The notes under the pieces: generated by a model | Seen by the model: the letters and a program-made list of their open reading frames with translations, nothing else | Databases searched by the model: none | Told to the model about the DNA's origin: nothing | Shown here: piece after piece, positions 1-7,215 of the stretch | Numbering within the stretch: the stretch's first letter is position 1 | Layout of the letters: every line of letters starts with the position of its first letter | Program-made: the position numbers and the translations under genes | DNA from: Promethearchaeota archaeon | GTDB taxonomy: Archaea; Asgardarchaeota; Lokiarchaeia; Sigyniarchaeales; Sigyniarchaeaceae | NCBI GenBank assembly: GCA_016932935.1 | Contig: JAFGBX010000082.1 | Location: 1-56,792, forward strand | Reading direction: 5' to 3' | DNA: 56,792 nucleotides

Positions 1-2254
1 GAGCCACCGCCGCCGTCGCAGCTCCCGTGGCCGCCGTGATCACGTGGTCCTGCGTCGCAGTCCCGCCCGCGTTAACAATGACCGCCGCCGGGTTCGGGAA
101 AGTGAGACCCGTGTACGACCCGTCGTCGACCGTCGCGTCGACCGTCGCCTGCGTACCGCCCGTGTTCAAGAACGTGACCCGCAGCGTGATCGTCTCGCCG
201 CTGATATACGGCCCGGGGTTCCAGCGCGGGGACGAGATCGACAAGCCCGTGATCGCCACGTTGGCCCGGGCCTGGATGTTCACGAGGATCGTGTCGGGGG
301 TCGGATCCCCGCTGAGCGGCCGCCCGGTGATTGCCTCGGTGCCCGTCCACGTGACCGTGAGCGTCACCGCCGCCGTCGTCGCGCCAGCCGATATGGTAAT
401 GAGATGATCTTGTGTCATTGTTGTATCCGCTGCGACCGTGACGGCCGCAGGGTCGTTGAACGAGAGCCACGTGTACGCCCCGGCGTCCAGCGTGCCGTCG
501 ACTGTCGCACCCAGGCTGCCCGTGTTAGCAAAGGTGACCCGCAGGGTGAGCGTTTCGCCGCCGACGTAGGGGCCAGGCGCCACGCGGGGCGCAATGATCG
601 CCAGGCTCGTGATCGACACGCTTCCACTACCGATTAATATGGCGATCGTGTCGGGGGGACTGTCACCGCTCATGGCTCTGCCTGAGTACGCCTCGATACC
701 GGTCCAGACCGCCGTGATGGTCACCGACCCCGACATCGCACCTGCCGCCAAGGTGAGGAGGTGTTCTTGCGTGCTCGTGCTGCCCGCGTTTATCGTGACC
801 GACGCCGGGTTGCCAAACGTGATTCCCGTGTACGCACCATCGTCCAACGTCGCGTCGACCGTCGCCCGCGTGCCGCCCGTGTTCTGGAACGTCACGCGCA
901 GCGTGAGGGTCTCGCCGCCGATGTAGGAACCTGGTGCCGGGCGTGGCGATGTGATGACCAGCGACGTGATCGACACGGCTGCCCGGGCCTGGATGTTGAT
1001 CGCCAGCGTGTCGGCCGGCGTGCCGCCGCTGATCGGGCGCCCCGTGGCAATGATGGTGCCTGTCCACGTGGCTGCGAGAGTCACCGCCGCAGTCGGCGCG
1101 CCTGTTGCGATGGTGATCGCGTGGTCTTGCGTGCTCGTGCCGCCCGCCGCGACCGTGACCGCCGCCGGGTCGCTGAACGTGAGGCCCGTGTACGTGCCGT
1201 CGTCGACCGTCGCGTCGGCCGTCACCGACGTGGGGCCAGTATTGGCGAACGTGACGCGCAGCGTGAGGGTCTCGCCGCCGACGTAGGGGCCGGGAGCTGC
1301 CCTCGGCGACATGGCCGCCAACGAAGTTATAGACACGCCGTGCCAGTAAATGTTCACGGGGATCGTGTCCGGCGGGGTGTCGCCGCTGATAGCGCGCCCG
1401 GAGATCGCCTCGGTGCCCGTCCACGTCGCCATGATGGTCACCGCTACAGCCGTGCCAGACACGACCTCGATCGTGAAGTCTTGCGAGGCCGTGCTTCCCT
1501 CGGGCACGACGACGGCGCCCGGGTCGTCCCACGAGAGGCCCGTGTAGGCGCCGTCGTCGATCGTCGCGTCGACCGTCGCTGCCGTGCCGCCGGTGTTGGC
1601 GAAGGTGGCGGTCAGCGTGAAGCTTTCGCCGTAGAAGTACGGGCCTGGCGAGGCGTGAGGTGCCAGGGCGAGGGCGACGATCGACACCGCGGAGGCAGAC
1701 TGGACGTGGATGGTTTCCGTGAGAATGGCGCCAGGAACGACGATTGGATTGCCCGTCGTGCCCTCCACGCCGGAGAACGACGCGTCGATCGTGCAGGAGC
1801 CGCTAACGGACGAGATCGAGACCATCGCGGTCACGTTCACCACGATCGAGCCGCCGGCAGGGACGGTCAAGCCCGTGACGTTGGCAGCAGTGATGGCCAC
1901 TGGCCCCGCGAACGACAGCCCGATGTCCCCGCCCTGGACGGGTAGGTCCCCGCCCGAGTTCGTCAAGGTGACTTGCACCGTGAGGCTCATGCCCGCCACG
2001 TACGTGGGAAGGCCCGAGATGTCGTTCACGCTGGAGATCTGCAGCTGGGATCCCGATGCCCGCGCGGGGGTTGCCTCGAAGCGGGGCGACTGCACGGGAT
2101 CCACGCAGCGGCTATCACCGTCCCCCATTTGCGATACAAAGGCGATGCAGATTACCGCGACGGTGCACAGTAGGCTCAGCGCGACGACCCGAAGGCCGAC
2201 ATCCGCCAGCGCCGGTTTGGAATCCCCGGCCTTGAAACCCGAGACGCGTCTCAC
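1..2254 (-). CDS. Surface/secreted repeat protein. The N-terminus is in the window and the C-terminus runs off the window start. It has a membrane/signal anchor plus tandem ~119-aa beta-sandwich (CARDB/Ig-like) repeats.
   Basis: Absent from the ORF track because it is open to the window edge. My minus-strand translation starts at GTG 2254, with GGAGG about 9 nt upstream. It reads VRRVSGFKAGDSKPALADVGLRVVALSLLCTVAVICIAFV (hydrophobic anchor). Five repeats follow with the pattern SPR.APGPY.GGETLTLRVTF.NTGGT.ATVDAT.DDG.YTG.TF.DPAAVTV.AG.T.TQDH.IT...TWTG. The frame stays open to base 1. The + strand ORFs listed here (27..407, 761..1945 and others) are R/P-rich shadow frames. Confidence 0.75.
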   Translation of the reverse strand, partial: MRRVSGFKAGDSKPALADVGLRVVALSLLCTVAVICIAFVSQMGDGDSRCVDPVQSPRFEATPARASGSQLQISSVNDISGLPTYVAGMSLTVQVTLTNSGGDLPVQGGDIGLSFAGPVAITAANVTGLTVPAGGSIVVNVTAMVSISSVSGSCTIDASFSGVEGTTGNPIVVPGAILTETIHVQSASAVSIVALALAPHASPGPYFYGESFTLTATFANTGGTAATVDATIDDGAYTGLSWDDPGAVVVPEGSTASQDFTIEVVSGTAVAVTIMATWTGTEAISGRAISGDTPPDTIPVNIYWHGVSITSLAAMSPRAAPGPYVGGETLTLRVTFANTGPTSVTADATVDDGTYTGLTFSDPAAVTVAAGGTSTQDHAITIATGAPTAAVTLAATWTGTIIATGRPISGGTPADTLAINIQARAAVSITSLVITSPRPAPGSYIGGETLTLRVTFQNTGGTRATVDATLDDGAYTGITFGNPASVTINAGSTSTQEHLLTLAAGAMSGSVTITAVWTGIEAYSGRAMSGDSPPDTIAILIGSGSVSITSLAIIAPRVAPGPYVGGETLTLRVTFANTGSLGATVDGTLDAGAYTWLSFNDPAAVTVAADTTMTQDHLITISAGATTAAVTLTVTWTGTEAITGRPLSGDPTPDTILVNIQARANVAITGLSISSPRWNPGPYISGETITLRVTFLNTGGTQATVDATVDDGSYTGLTFPNPAAVIVNAGGTATQDHVITAATGAATAAVA
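40..1700 (-). repeat. Five tandem ~357-bp coding repeats inside the surface-protein gene
   Basis: The landmark cgtcgaccgtcgcgtcgaccgtcgcc and close variants recur near 125, 487, 845, 1200 and 1555, a spacing of about 355-362 bp. This matches the ~119-aa protein repeat. Confidence 0.8.
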
Positions 2255-2444
2255 GTTTTCATTCCTCCACGAAGTCGGGATTCTCGCGGGGAAGCGAAGC
2301 CGCGCGCCCCACTGGGAGGGCGGCCTCGTCCCTACCGCGAGTGTGCCCATGTACCCATGCGCACCTTGATTAATGAGCTAGCACCCACCAAACGCGGACG
2401 GATCCGACGCGGGGCGGCGCCGGCGGTGTAGGGAGAAGCAGTGA

Positions 2445-2543
2445 TGGTGGTGGTGGCGGGGTTCGAACCCGCGAAACACCCGCGTTGTGCTCGGGATCTC
2501 GTTCCTGATAAGCACGGTGCCATGGCCGCTAGGCGACACCACC
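2445..2543 (-). tRNA. tRNA gene with an insertion (probable intron) of about 12 nt (class II fold) or 21 nt (class I fold) in the anticodon arm; isotype unresolved
   Basis: Minus strand: acceptor GGTGGTG/CACCACC; D arm GCCT-AGCGGCCA-TGGC (A14 and GG present); T arm GCGGG-TTCGAAC-CCCGC; discriminator A; encoded CCA. The gene is 99 nt. The anticodon region CCGTGCTTATCAGGAACGAGATCCCGAGCACAACGCGG is too long for a plain loop. A class I fold (stem CCGTG/CGCGG, 21-nt intron, Val-like) and a class II fold (stem GTGCT/AGCAC with variable arm AACG-CGGG-TGTT) are both imperfect. Confidence 0.6.
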
Positions 2544-2547
2544 ATGG

Positions 2548-2624
2548 TGGAGGGCAGCACGGGACTCGCACCCGTGGCCGTGCAGCTTTGCGGGCTGCTG
2601 CATCGGCTTCCCTGCCAGCTGCTC
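2548..2624 (-). tRNA. tRNA-Cys(GCA)-like gene with atypical features
   Basis: Minus strand, 77 nt: acceptor GAGCAGC/GCTGCCC (A2.C71 mismatch); anticodon stem GCAGC/GCTGC; loop CCGCAAA (GCA, but C33 instead of U33); T arm ACGGG-TGCGAGT-CCCGT (G55 instead of U55); discriminator U73, as expected for Cys; encoded CCA. Segment lengths fit a cloverleaf with a 6-nt variable loop. Confidence 0.5.
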
Positions 2625-2633
2625 GCGGGGACG

Positions 2634-2712
2634 TGGGGCCGCCGGCGGGGTTCCAACCCGCGCCCTGCCGCTTGCGAGGCGGGCGCCAGGCACGCTGCTG
2701 GACGACGGTGGC
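2634..2712 (-). tRNA. Atypical tRNA-like gene with anticodon loop CUCGCAA (CGC) and no G3:U70
   Basis: Minus strand, 79 nt; segment lengths fit a cloverleaf exactly (7/2/4/11/4/1/5/7/5/5/5/7/5/7/1 + CCA). Acceptor GCCACCG/CGGCGGC (A4.C69 mismatch); D loop AGCAGCGTGCC without GG; anticodon stem CCCGC/GCGGC (C27.C43 mismatch); T arm GCGGG-TTGGAAC-CCCGC (G56 instead of C56); discriminator C; encoded CCA. Confidence 0.45.
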
Positions 2713-2720
2713 CTGCACGA

Positions 2721-2827
2721 TGGAGGGGCCGGCGGGAGATCCTGGCGTGACGTGATCCATCCCGCCATTCGAACCCGCGTCGAGTGGGTTACAAACCCAC
2801 CGCAAACGACCGCTATGCGACGACCCC
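2721..2827 (-). tRNA. tRNA-Thr(UGU) with a 30-nt intron in the T-loop
   Basis: Minus strand: GGGGTCG TC GCAT AGCGGTCGT TTGC G GTGGG TTTGTAA CCCAC TCGAC GCGGG TTCGAAT [30 nt] CCCGC CGGCCCC T CCA. After removing 2737..2766, all stems pair apart from a T13.T22 mismatch in the D stem and a U5.G68 wobble in the acceptor stem. A14, G18G19 and U33 are present. Confidence 0.75.
2737..2766 (-). other. Non-canonical tRNA intron at position 59/60 or 60/61 of tRNA-Thr
   Basis: The insert GGCGGGATGGATCACGTCACGCCAGGATCT separates TTCGAAT from the 3' T-stem strand CCCGC. The intron 5' end GGCGGGA is complementary to TCCCGCC, which spans the 3' splice junction, as expected for an exon-intron helix. I could not verify the BHB bulges by eye. 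Confidence 0.6.
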
Positions 2828-3163
2828 GTTGGTGACCGGTGTAGGACGGTCGAGCCAGGTGCCCGGAGGGAGGCCCCGTAGGAGCAGGACGAGCGGGATC
2901 GCGGACGGGTGGAGTTGGGCGCTCCTTACCGCGCGTGCTCATGCACGCGAAACGGGACACGTGGCCTCGGCTGTCGCCATGCAGACCGTCGATATCGAAG
3001 CGGCTGTGTGTAATGCGGGGGCCATCGTGATCCACGCTCGGCAGTTAATACCTCCGGGTTCAATGTGGCGTGGCATCCTTATAAACGCTCCGGGGACGAG
3101 CGCCGCGTGCCGATGCCCCCGCGATGTCGCGGGTTCACCGTGGTGGTGGGCAATCAGACCGCA

Positions 3164-3186
3164 GAAAAAAAGGGAGAAGGGAAAAA
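3164..3186 (-). terminator. Oligo-T tract downstream of the histone gene
   Basis: The minus strand reads TTTTTCCCTTCTCCCTTTTTTTT about 45-65 nt after the histone stop codon. This is the archaeal style of oligo-T termination signal. Confidence 0.4.
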
Positions 3187-3228
3187 CTCTTCGGATCTTG
3201 ACCGGGAATCGAGCCGTGTCCGCAGAAT

Positions 3229-3444
3229 TTACTTCATCTTCAAGACAAGGTCGATGTCGTCCCGGGTGAGCTTGGTGCGCTTGGAGTGGCGCGTGAGCTT
3301 GAGGGCGGTGCTCGTGACGTCCTTCGCCTTCTCCTCGAGGAACGAGATCAGCAGGTCGACCGCGTCACGGGCGACGATTTGCGCGCCCACGCTCTTCATC
3401 AAGTCCCTCACTGGGCTCCATGCCAGGGCTTTCTTCTTTGCCAT
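3229..3444 (-). CDS. Archaeal histone (HMf-type histone fold)
   Basis: 71 aa: MAKKKALAWSPVRDLMKSVGAQIVARDAVDLLISFLEEKAKDVTSTALKLTRHSKRTKLTRDDIDLVLKM. It aligns by eye with the HMfA/B pattern (LP.AP..R..K..GA.RVS.DA......LEE....I...A..LA.HAGRKT....DI.LA). Confidence 0.85.
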   Translation of the reverse strand: MAKKKALAWSPVRDLMKSVGAQIVARDAVDLLISFLEEKAKDVTSTALKLTRHSKRTKLTRDDIDLVLKMK

Positions 3445-3553
3445 TTTTTATCATCCGCGTGTGGATTTTGTTTTCGTCGAAGCCTGGTCGACAGATACCG
3501 ATAGACACGACGCATCCAACCAAGACTTCTTAGATGCATCAACCACACATGGC

Positions 3554-3562
3554 TATTTAAAT
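3554..3562. promoter_or_regulatory. Palindromic TATA-like element TATTTAAAT
   Basis: An AT-rich element in GC-rich DNA, about 110 nt upstream of the histone ATG on the minus strand. It also faces the unassigned 3.6-4.35 kb region on the plus strand. Orientation and target are uncertain. Confidence 0.3.
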
Positions 3563-4361
3563 GTTTTGCTGGATCGAGGCAAAACCCGAGGTGCCACCCG
3601 CGATCCTCGCGCCCGCGTGATCGATCCATCGCGCACCGGCCGACAAATTACCCGAGGCAAGAGTGGCAAGACGCGCCCCCACCCGCGGCCTGGCGGGCTT
3701 CCGGCATCTCCCGATCGGCGCGATCTTGCCGACCCGCGGATCGATCCGCCCGCGTGCTCGCGCCGGCACGCGCCCAGTCCGACCGCGGATGAGCCGCCCC
3801 CGTCGCTCGATTCGGGTGCGGAATGCCGCGCCGCCGCTCCGGGTCAAGTCGGATCCACGGGAGCCGGTTCGTGTCGATCGGGCCTGGAGCGGGGGAAGAT
3901 CCCTCCCGCCAACCACGGCGAGCGCCGGCGCGCGATCGGTGCCCGAGCGGGAACCGCCGGGATCCGCGGGGAGCTGGTTCTCCGGTGCCAAGGGGTCACG
4001 ATCATCGGGCGATCCTCCGATCATGGAGGGAGATTCCAGGAGGACGCGAAAACAAGAGGATTGTTCGGCATCCTGGCGAACGGATTCGACCCGATGGGCT
4101 TCTCGGTGCCTCCTCGCGCCGCACCGCGGGGAGCTCGTGCATCGGCCTCGCGTGAGATCGCGCCAAAACGTAGATGCAAGCCGGACGAGGCATCCTACGA
4201 GCAAGTGTGATGGCCATGACGTGCCCACCTCGATGAGTTGGGCCACGGCGCAGCGTGATTACCTCATGCCCGCGTGCGGCCAACAAGCCATTGTTTTGCT
4301 GAAGATAGGCGAGGTCGATCGGCCCGTGTTTTTCTTTCCCATCAGGCGAGGCATGTCGCGC

Positions 4362-4369
4362 ATTTAAAC
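4362..4369 (+). promoter_or_regulatory. TATA box for the SPL-like radical SAM gene
   Basis: ATTTAAAC is centred about 29 nt upstream of ATG 4395. That spacing fits a leaderless or short-leader archaeal mRNA. Confidence 0.5.
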
Positions 4370-4394
4370 CGGGAACCCGCTCTAGCAACTGGAC

Positions 4395-5630
4395 ATGATA
4401 CTGCCAGGGATCGACGCGGTACACGTCGTCGACCGCGTCCACGGCGACCCCCTCGCCGAGCGGCGCCTCCAGCGCTTCGTCGCCGCGTTGAAGCCACGCG
4501 AGGTCATCGACGTCGACGACGACGGGTTGGAGCATCTCGTGCGCGAGATCGGGGGCACGCGCGGCCACGAGCTCCGCACCGGTGCGTACCGCCGCCGGGG
4601 CCCGCCGGCCATCATCTTCAACGCGTTCCGCCACGACGAAAAAGACCTCGCCAAGGCCAGGAAGGCGCACCCGTCCCTCGACACGTCCATGCTCCTCGGC
4701 CAGGGCGCGGTCACGACCCGCGCCAAGATCAACCTCCACGGCCCCGACTGGTGCGCGTGCCAGGCCGGCGTCGAGTTCCATTCCCTCTACGGTTGCCTCC
4801 ACGCGTGCGATTACTGCCACGTCGAAAACTACCTGAACGTCATGCTCGACCTCGAGTGGCTCGCCGGCGTCTTCGAGCGCGCCGTCGCCATGAACCCGGG
4901 CCAGCAGCTCTACAAGTACGACAACCATTCCGACACGATCTGCCTCGAACCCGAGTACGGCGCGTCTGAGCTGTTCGTGAACCTCTTCGCGGGGCTCCCC
5001 GGCAAGTACCTCCTCCTCTACACGAAGAGCGACAACGTCGACCACCTGCTCGGCCTCGACCACGGCGGGCACACGATCGTCAACTGGAGCTTGTCACCCC
5101 GCACCCAGAGCACGCGCGTCGAGAAGGGCACCCCGCCGGTCGCCCGCCGCATCGAGGCCATGGCGAAGTGCCAGGCCGCGGGCTACCGGGTGCGCGCCCG
5201 GTTCTCGCCCATCGTCCCCGTCGCAGGCTGGCGGGAGGATTACGCGGCGATGGCCGAGGAGCTGTACGGCAGCGCCGAGCCCGACGTGGTCACGCTCGAC
5301 GTGGTTGGCTTCATGAGCCCGACCCAGATGAAGGCCTCGCTGGACACGGCGCTGTTCGACGACAAGGCGAGGGCGTTGCTCGACGAGCAGGAACGACTCG
5401 ACAGGCCCAAGTGGGGGAAGCACGTGTTCCCGCACGCCTACCGCAAGGAGCTCTACGAGCACGTGATCGGCGAGATCCGGCGCCACCGGCCCGGCCAGGT
5501 CGTCTCCATCTGCAACGAGACGTTCGACATGTGGGATGACCTGGCGCCGCTGCTCGGCGCCAACGCGGACCCCGAGCGCTTCACGTGCTGCTGCGGGCCG
5601 AACTCGGTGCCGGGCGTGCACTTGCTCTGA
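4395..5630 (+). CDS. Radical SAM protein, spore-photoproduct-lyase (SplB)-like family
   Basis: 411 aa with CxxxCxxC in YGCLHACDYCHVENY, and an SPL-like context (LLYTKSDNVDHLL, SLSP....RVEKGTP....RIEA). High GC3 typical of real genes here. The antisense ORF 4002..5072 is a shadow. Confidence 0.65.
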   Translation: MILPGIDAVHVVDRVHGDPLAERRLQRFVAALKPREVIDVDDDGLEHLVREIGGTRGHELRTGAYRRRGPPAIIFNAFRHDEKDLAKARKAHPSLDTSMLLGQGAVTTRAKINLHGPDWCACQAGVEFHSLYGCLHACDYCHVENYLNVMLDLEWLAGVFERAVAMNPGQQLYKYDNHSDTICLEPEYGASELFVNLFAGLPGKYLLLYTKSDNVDHLLGLDHGGHTIVNWSLSPRTQSTRVEKGTPPVARRIEAMAKCQAAGYRVRARFSPIVPVAGWREDYAAMAEELYGSAEPDVVTLDVVGFMSPTQMKASLDTALFDDKARALLDEQERLDRPKWGKHVFPHAYRKELYEHVIGEIRRHRPGQVVSICNETFDMWDDLAPLLGANADPERFTCCCGPNSVPGVHLL

Positions 5631-5683
5631 CGGGAGCGGCACGGGCTGCGCGCTACCGCCCCGTTGCCACGGCCATGGGCACG

Positions 5684-6184
5684 CTACATCGCTTTGGGCC
5701 CCACCCAGAGGCTGAGCCGCAAGCTGTTGGCGCGCTTCGTGAGCTCGCACTCCTTCGAGTGCTCGCACAAGCAAAGGGGGACGTAGCACCAGCGCTTGTC
5801 GCTCTCGACCTCCTGGAGTAGGAACTGCAATCTGTTGACGAGGAAGCAGTTCTGGTTCAGGACATCGAGATCGTCACCGCAAGCCACCAGCTTGTGCCAC
5901 GGCTTCTCCAGGACCAGGCACATGCCTTCCTTGTGCTTGAAGCCAAACAGGAACTGTAACCTCGGGAGGATGAAGCTGCTGGCGATGACCTTGCGCTCGT
6001 ATAGTATCCTCGTGTTGTAGAAGTCCTCGAGCATGGATCTCATGGACTTGTAGTATGGGTTCTCCCGATCCTCGTCGGTGATCTCCATGACGATGAAGTC
6101 CGACTTGACGGCCTTGTCGACGAGATCGATCAGCCCTTCCGGCAGCGGGTCGGAATCGTCGTGGTTGTCGAGGTGGGCTGCCAT
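5684..6184 (-). CDS. Hypothetical protein (166 aa), lower GC
   Basis: Clean ATG ORF with balanced, non-shadow composition (MAAHLDNHDDSDPLPEGLIDLVDKAVKSDFIVMEITDEDRENPYYKSM...). It starts 18 nt downstream of the MBL gene stop on the same strand. I recognise no family. Confidence 0.6.
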   Translation of the reverse strand: MAAHLDNHDDSDPLPEGLIDLVDKAVKSDFIVMEITDEDRENPYYKSMRSMLEDFYNTRILYERKVIASSFILPRLQFLFGFKHKEGMCLVLEKPWHKLVACGDDLDVLNQNCFLVNRLQFLLQEVESDKRWCYVPLCLCEHSKECELTKRANSLRLSLWVGPKAM

Positions 6185-6202
6185 GCGCCGTTCACGTCCG
6201 GG

Positions 6203-6961
6203 TTATCGACACGCCGTTTCGTCCGCCTCGTCGGGCAATTCCCGTCGGCGGGTGGCCTTCTTGTAGCTCTGGAAAGGGTGCCCGTGGCCGGGGATGATCA
6301 AGTCGGCGACCCGGCTAATCTCCCTCATGGACTCGATCGCCTTCGCTTCCGAATAGAAGTCGCCGTTGTACGGCCAGACGGCGTCGTGGTCGTAGTATGA
6401 CTGCGACACGATAGCGTCGCCCGCGACGACGATGACGGTTTGCTTGTAGTGGACGAGGGCGGAATGGTGGTGTTCGTTGTGGCCTGGCGTTGGGAACACG
6501 GAGACGCCAGGCACCCATTCTGTACGTGGTTCGAGGCGCTCGAGGGGATTCTTGATGCCGAGGAACCCCGAGAGCATCGGGGGTGCCATCGCAGGTGATG
6601 ACCCGTACCTGAGCCGCGCCAAGGGAAATAGGATGGCGTTGCCGACGTGGTCATGATGCCAGTGGGTGATGAAGATCTCCTCGACGTCCTTCGTGCTGTA
6701 CCCGTGCACGGAGAGGGAGGCCTCGACGTGGCGATTGTTGAGTTCGAGGTTTTTCGAGCTCATATCCATCTCGTTACGAAATCCCGTGTCAATGAGAACG
6801 ACTCTTCCGTTCGATTCGATCAAGACGACGCTAGACTCCCCGGCCACACCCATATCCTTCTTTACCCTTGCCGTGGCACCGCCGGGTTGTTCGCCACGTT
6901 CTATGGAGAGGCTACCAGGCTGAAGGAGGAGGATCTTGTCGACGCGGTTCACGATATCCAC
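6203..6961 (-). CDS. Metallo-beta-lactamase fold hydrolase
   Basis: Contains VVLIDTGF, the HxHxDH motif as ITHWHHDHVGN, then TPGHNEHH and IIPGHGHPF. The track ORF (to 7351) has an R/P-rich N-terminus. I trimmed to GTG 6961 (VDIVNRVDKILLLQPGSLSIE...); GTG 6988 and ATG 6853 are alternatives. Confidence 0.75.
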   Translation of the reverse strand: MDIVNRVDKILLLQPGSLSIERGEQPGGATARVKKDMGVAGESSVVLIESNGRVVLIDTGFRNEMDMSSKNLELNNRHVEASLSVHGYSTKDVEEIFITHWHHDHVGNAILFPLARLRYGSSPAMAPPMLSGFLGIKNPLERLEPRTEWVPGVSVFPTPGHNEHHHSALVHYKQTVIVVAGDAIVSQSYYDHDAVWPYNGDFYSEAKAIESMREISRVADLIIPGHGHPFQSYKKATRRRELPDEADETACR

Positions 6962-7215
6962 CTTGTTGGTTCCCCATACTGCCTTCACGGCAGGCCACGC
7001 TCCCGTGCAAGCGCGGCCCAATACTCCCTCCGCGCCACACGAATTAGAAGCCTCGGGAACGATCCGTCCTTGCCCGTGCGCCCGGCGCGCCCCTGGTCGG
7101 CCCCGCTCCCGGCACGCCCGCGCGGGGCGGCCCGGCAGCTGCCGCTCACAGGCCACGCATGGCGTGGGGCGCGGTGGGGGATCTCCTTCGGCGGGACGGG
7201 GTGTTCCACCAGCCA

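Noticed and set aside
27-2369. Plus-strand and other minus-frame ORFs over the first 2.3 kb (for example 761..1945, 663..1532, 1710..2369).
   Set aside because: The repeat periodicity is best explained by the edge-open minus frame, which encodes GETLTLRVTF.NTGGT-type repeats with an anchor. The listed ORFs are R/D/H-rich or reversed-sense images of that frame.
2851-2905. SRP (7S) RNA helix-8-like string on the plus strand: CCAGGTGCCCGGAGGGAGGCCCCGTAGGAGCAGGAC, which resembles CCAGG.CCCGGAAGGGAGCAGC.
   Set aside because: An archaeal 7S RNA needs about 150 nt of 5' sequence upstream of helix 8, and that space is occupied by minus-strand tRNA genes ending at 2827. The GNAR tetraloop and AGCA loop registration is also imperfect. 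I kept only a generic possible-ncRNA note.
3065-4210. 381-aa plus-strand ORF, plus 3663..4367 and 3557..4246.
   Set aside because: These mutually overlapping ORFs fall in a region where five frames are open. All are extremely basic and low-complexity, and the 5' part of 3065..4210 runs antisense through the histone gene. None is reported as a CDS; the region is flagged as unresolved instead.
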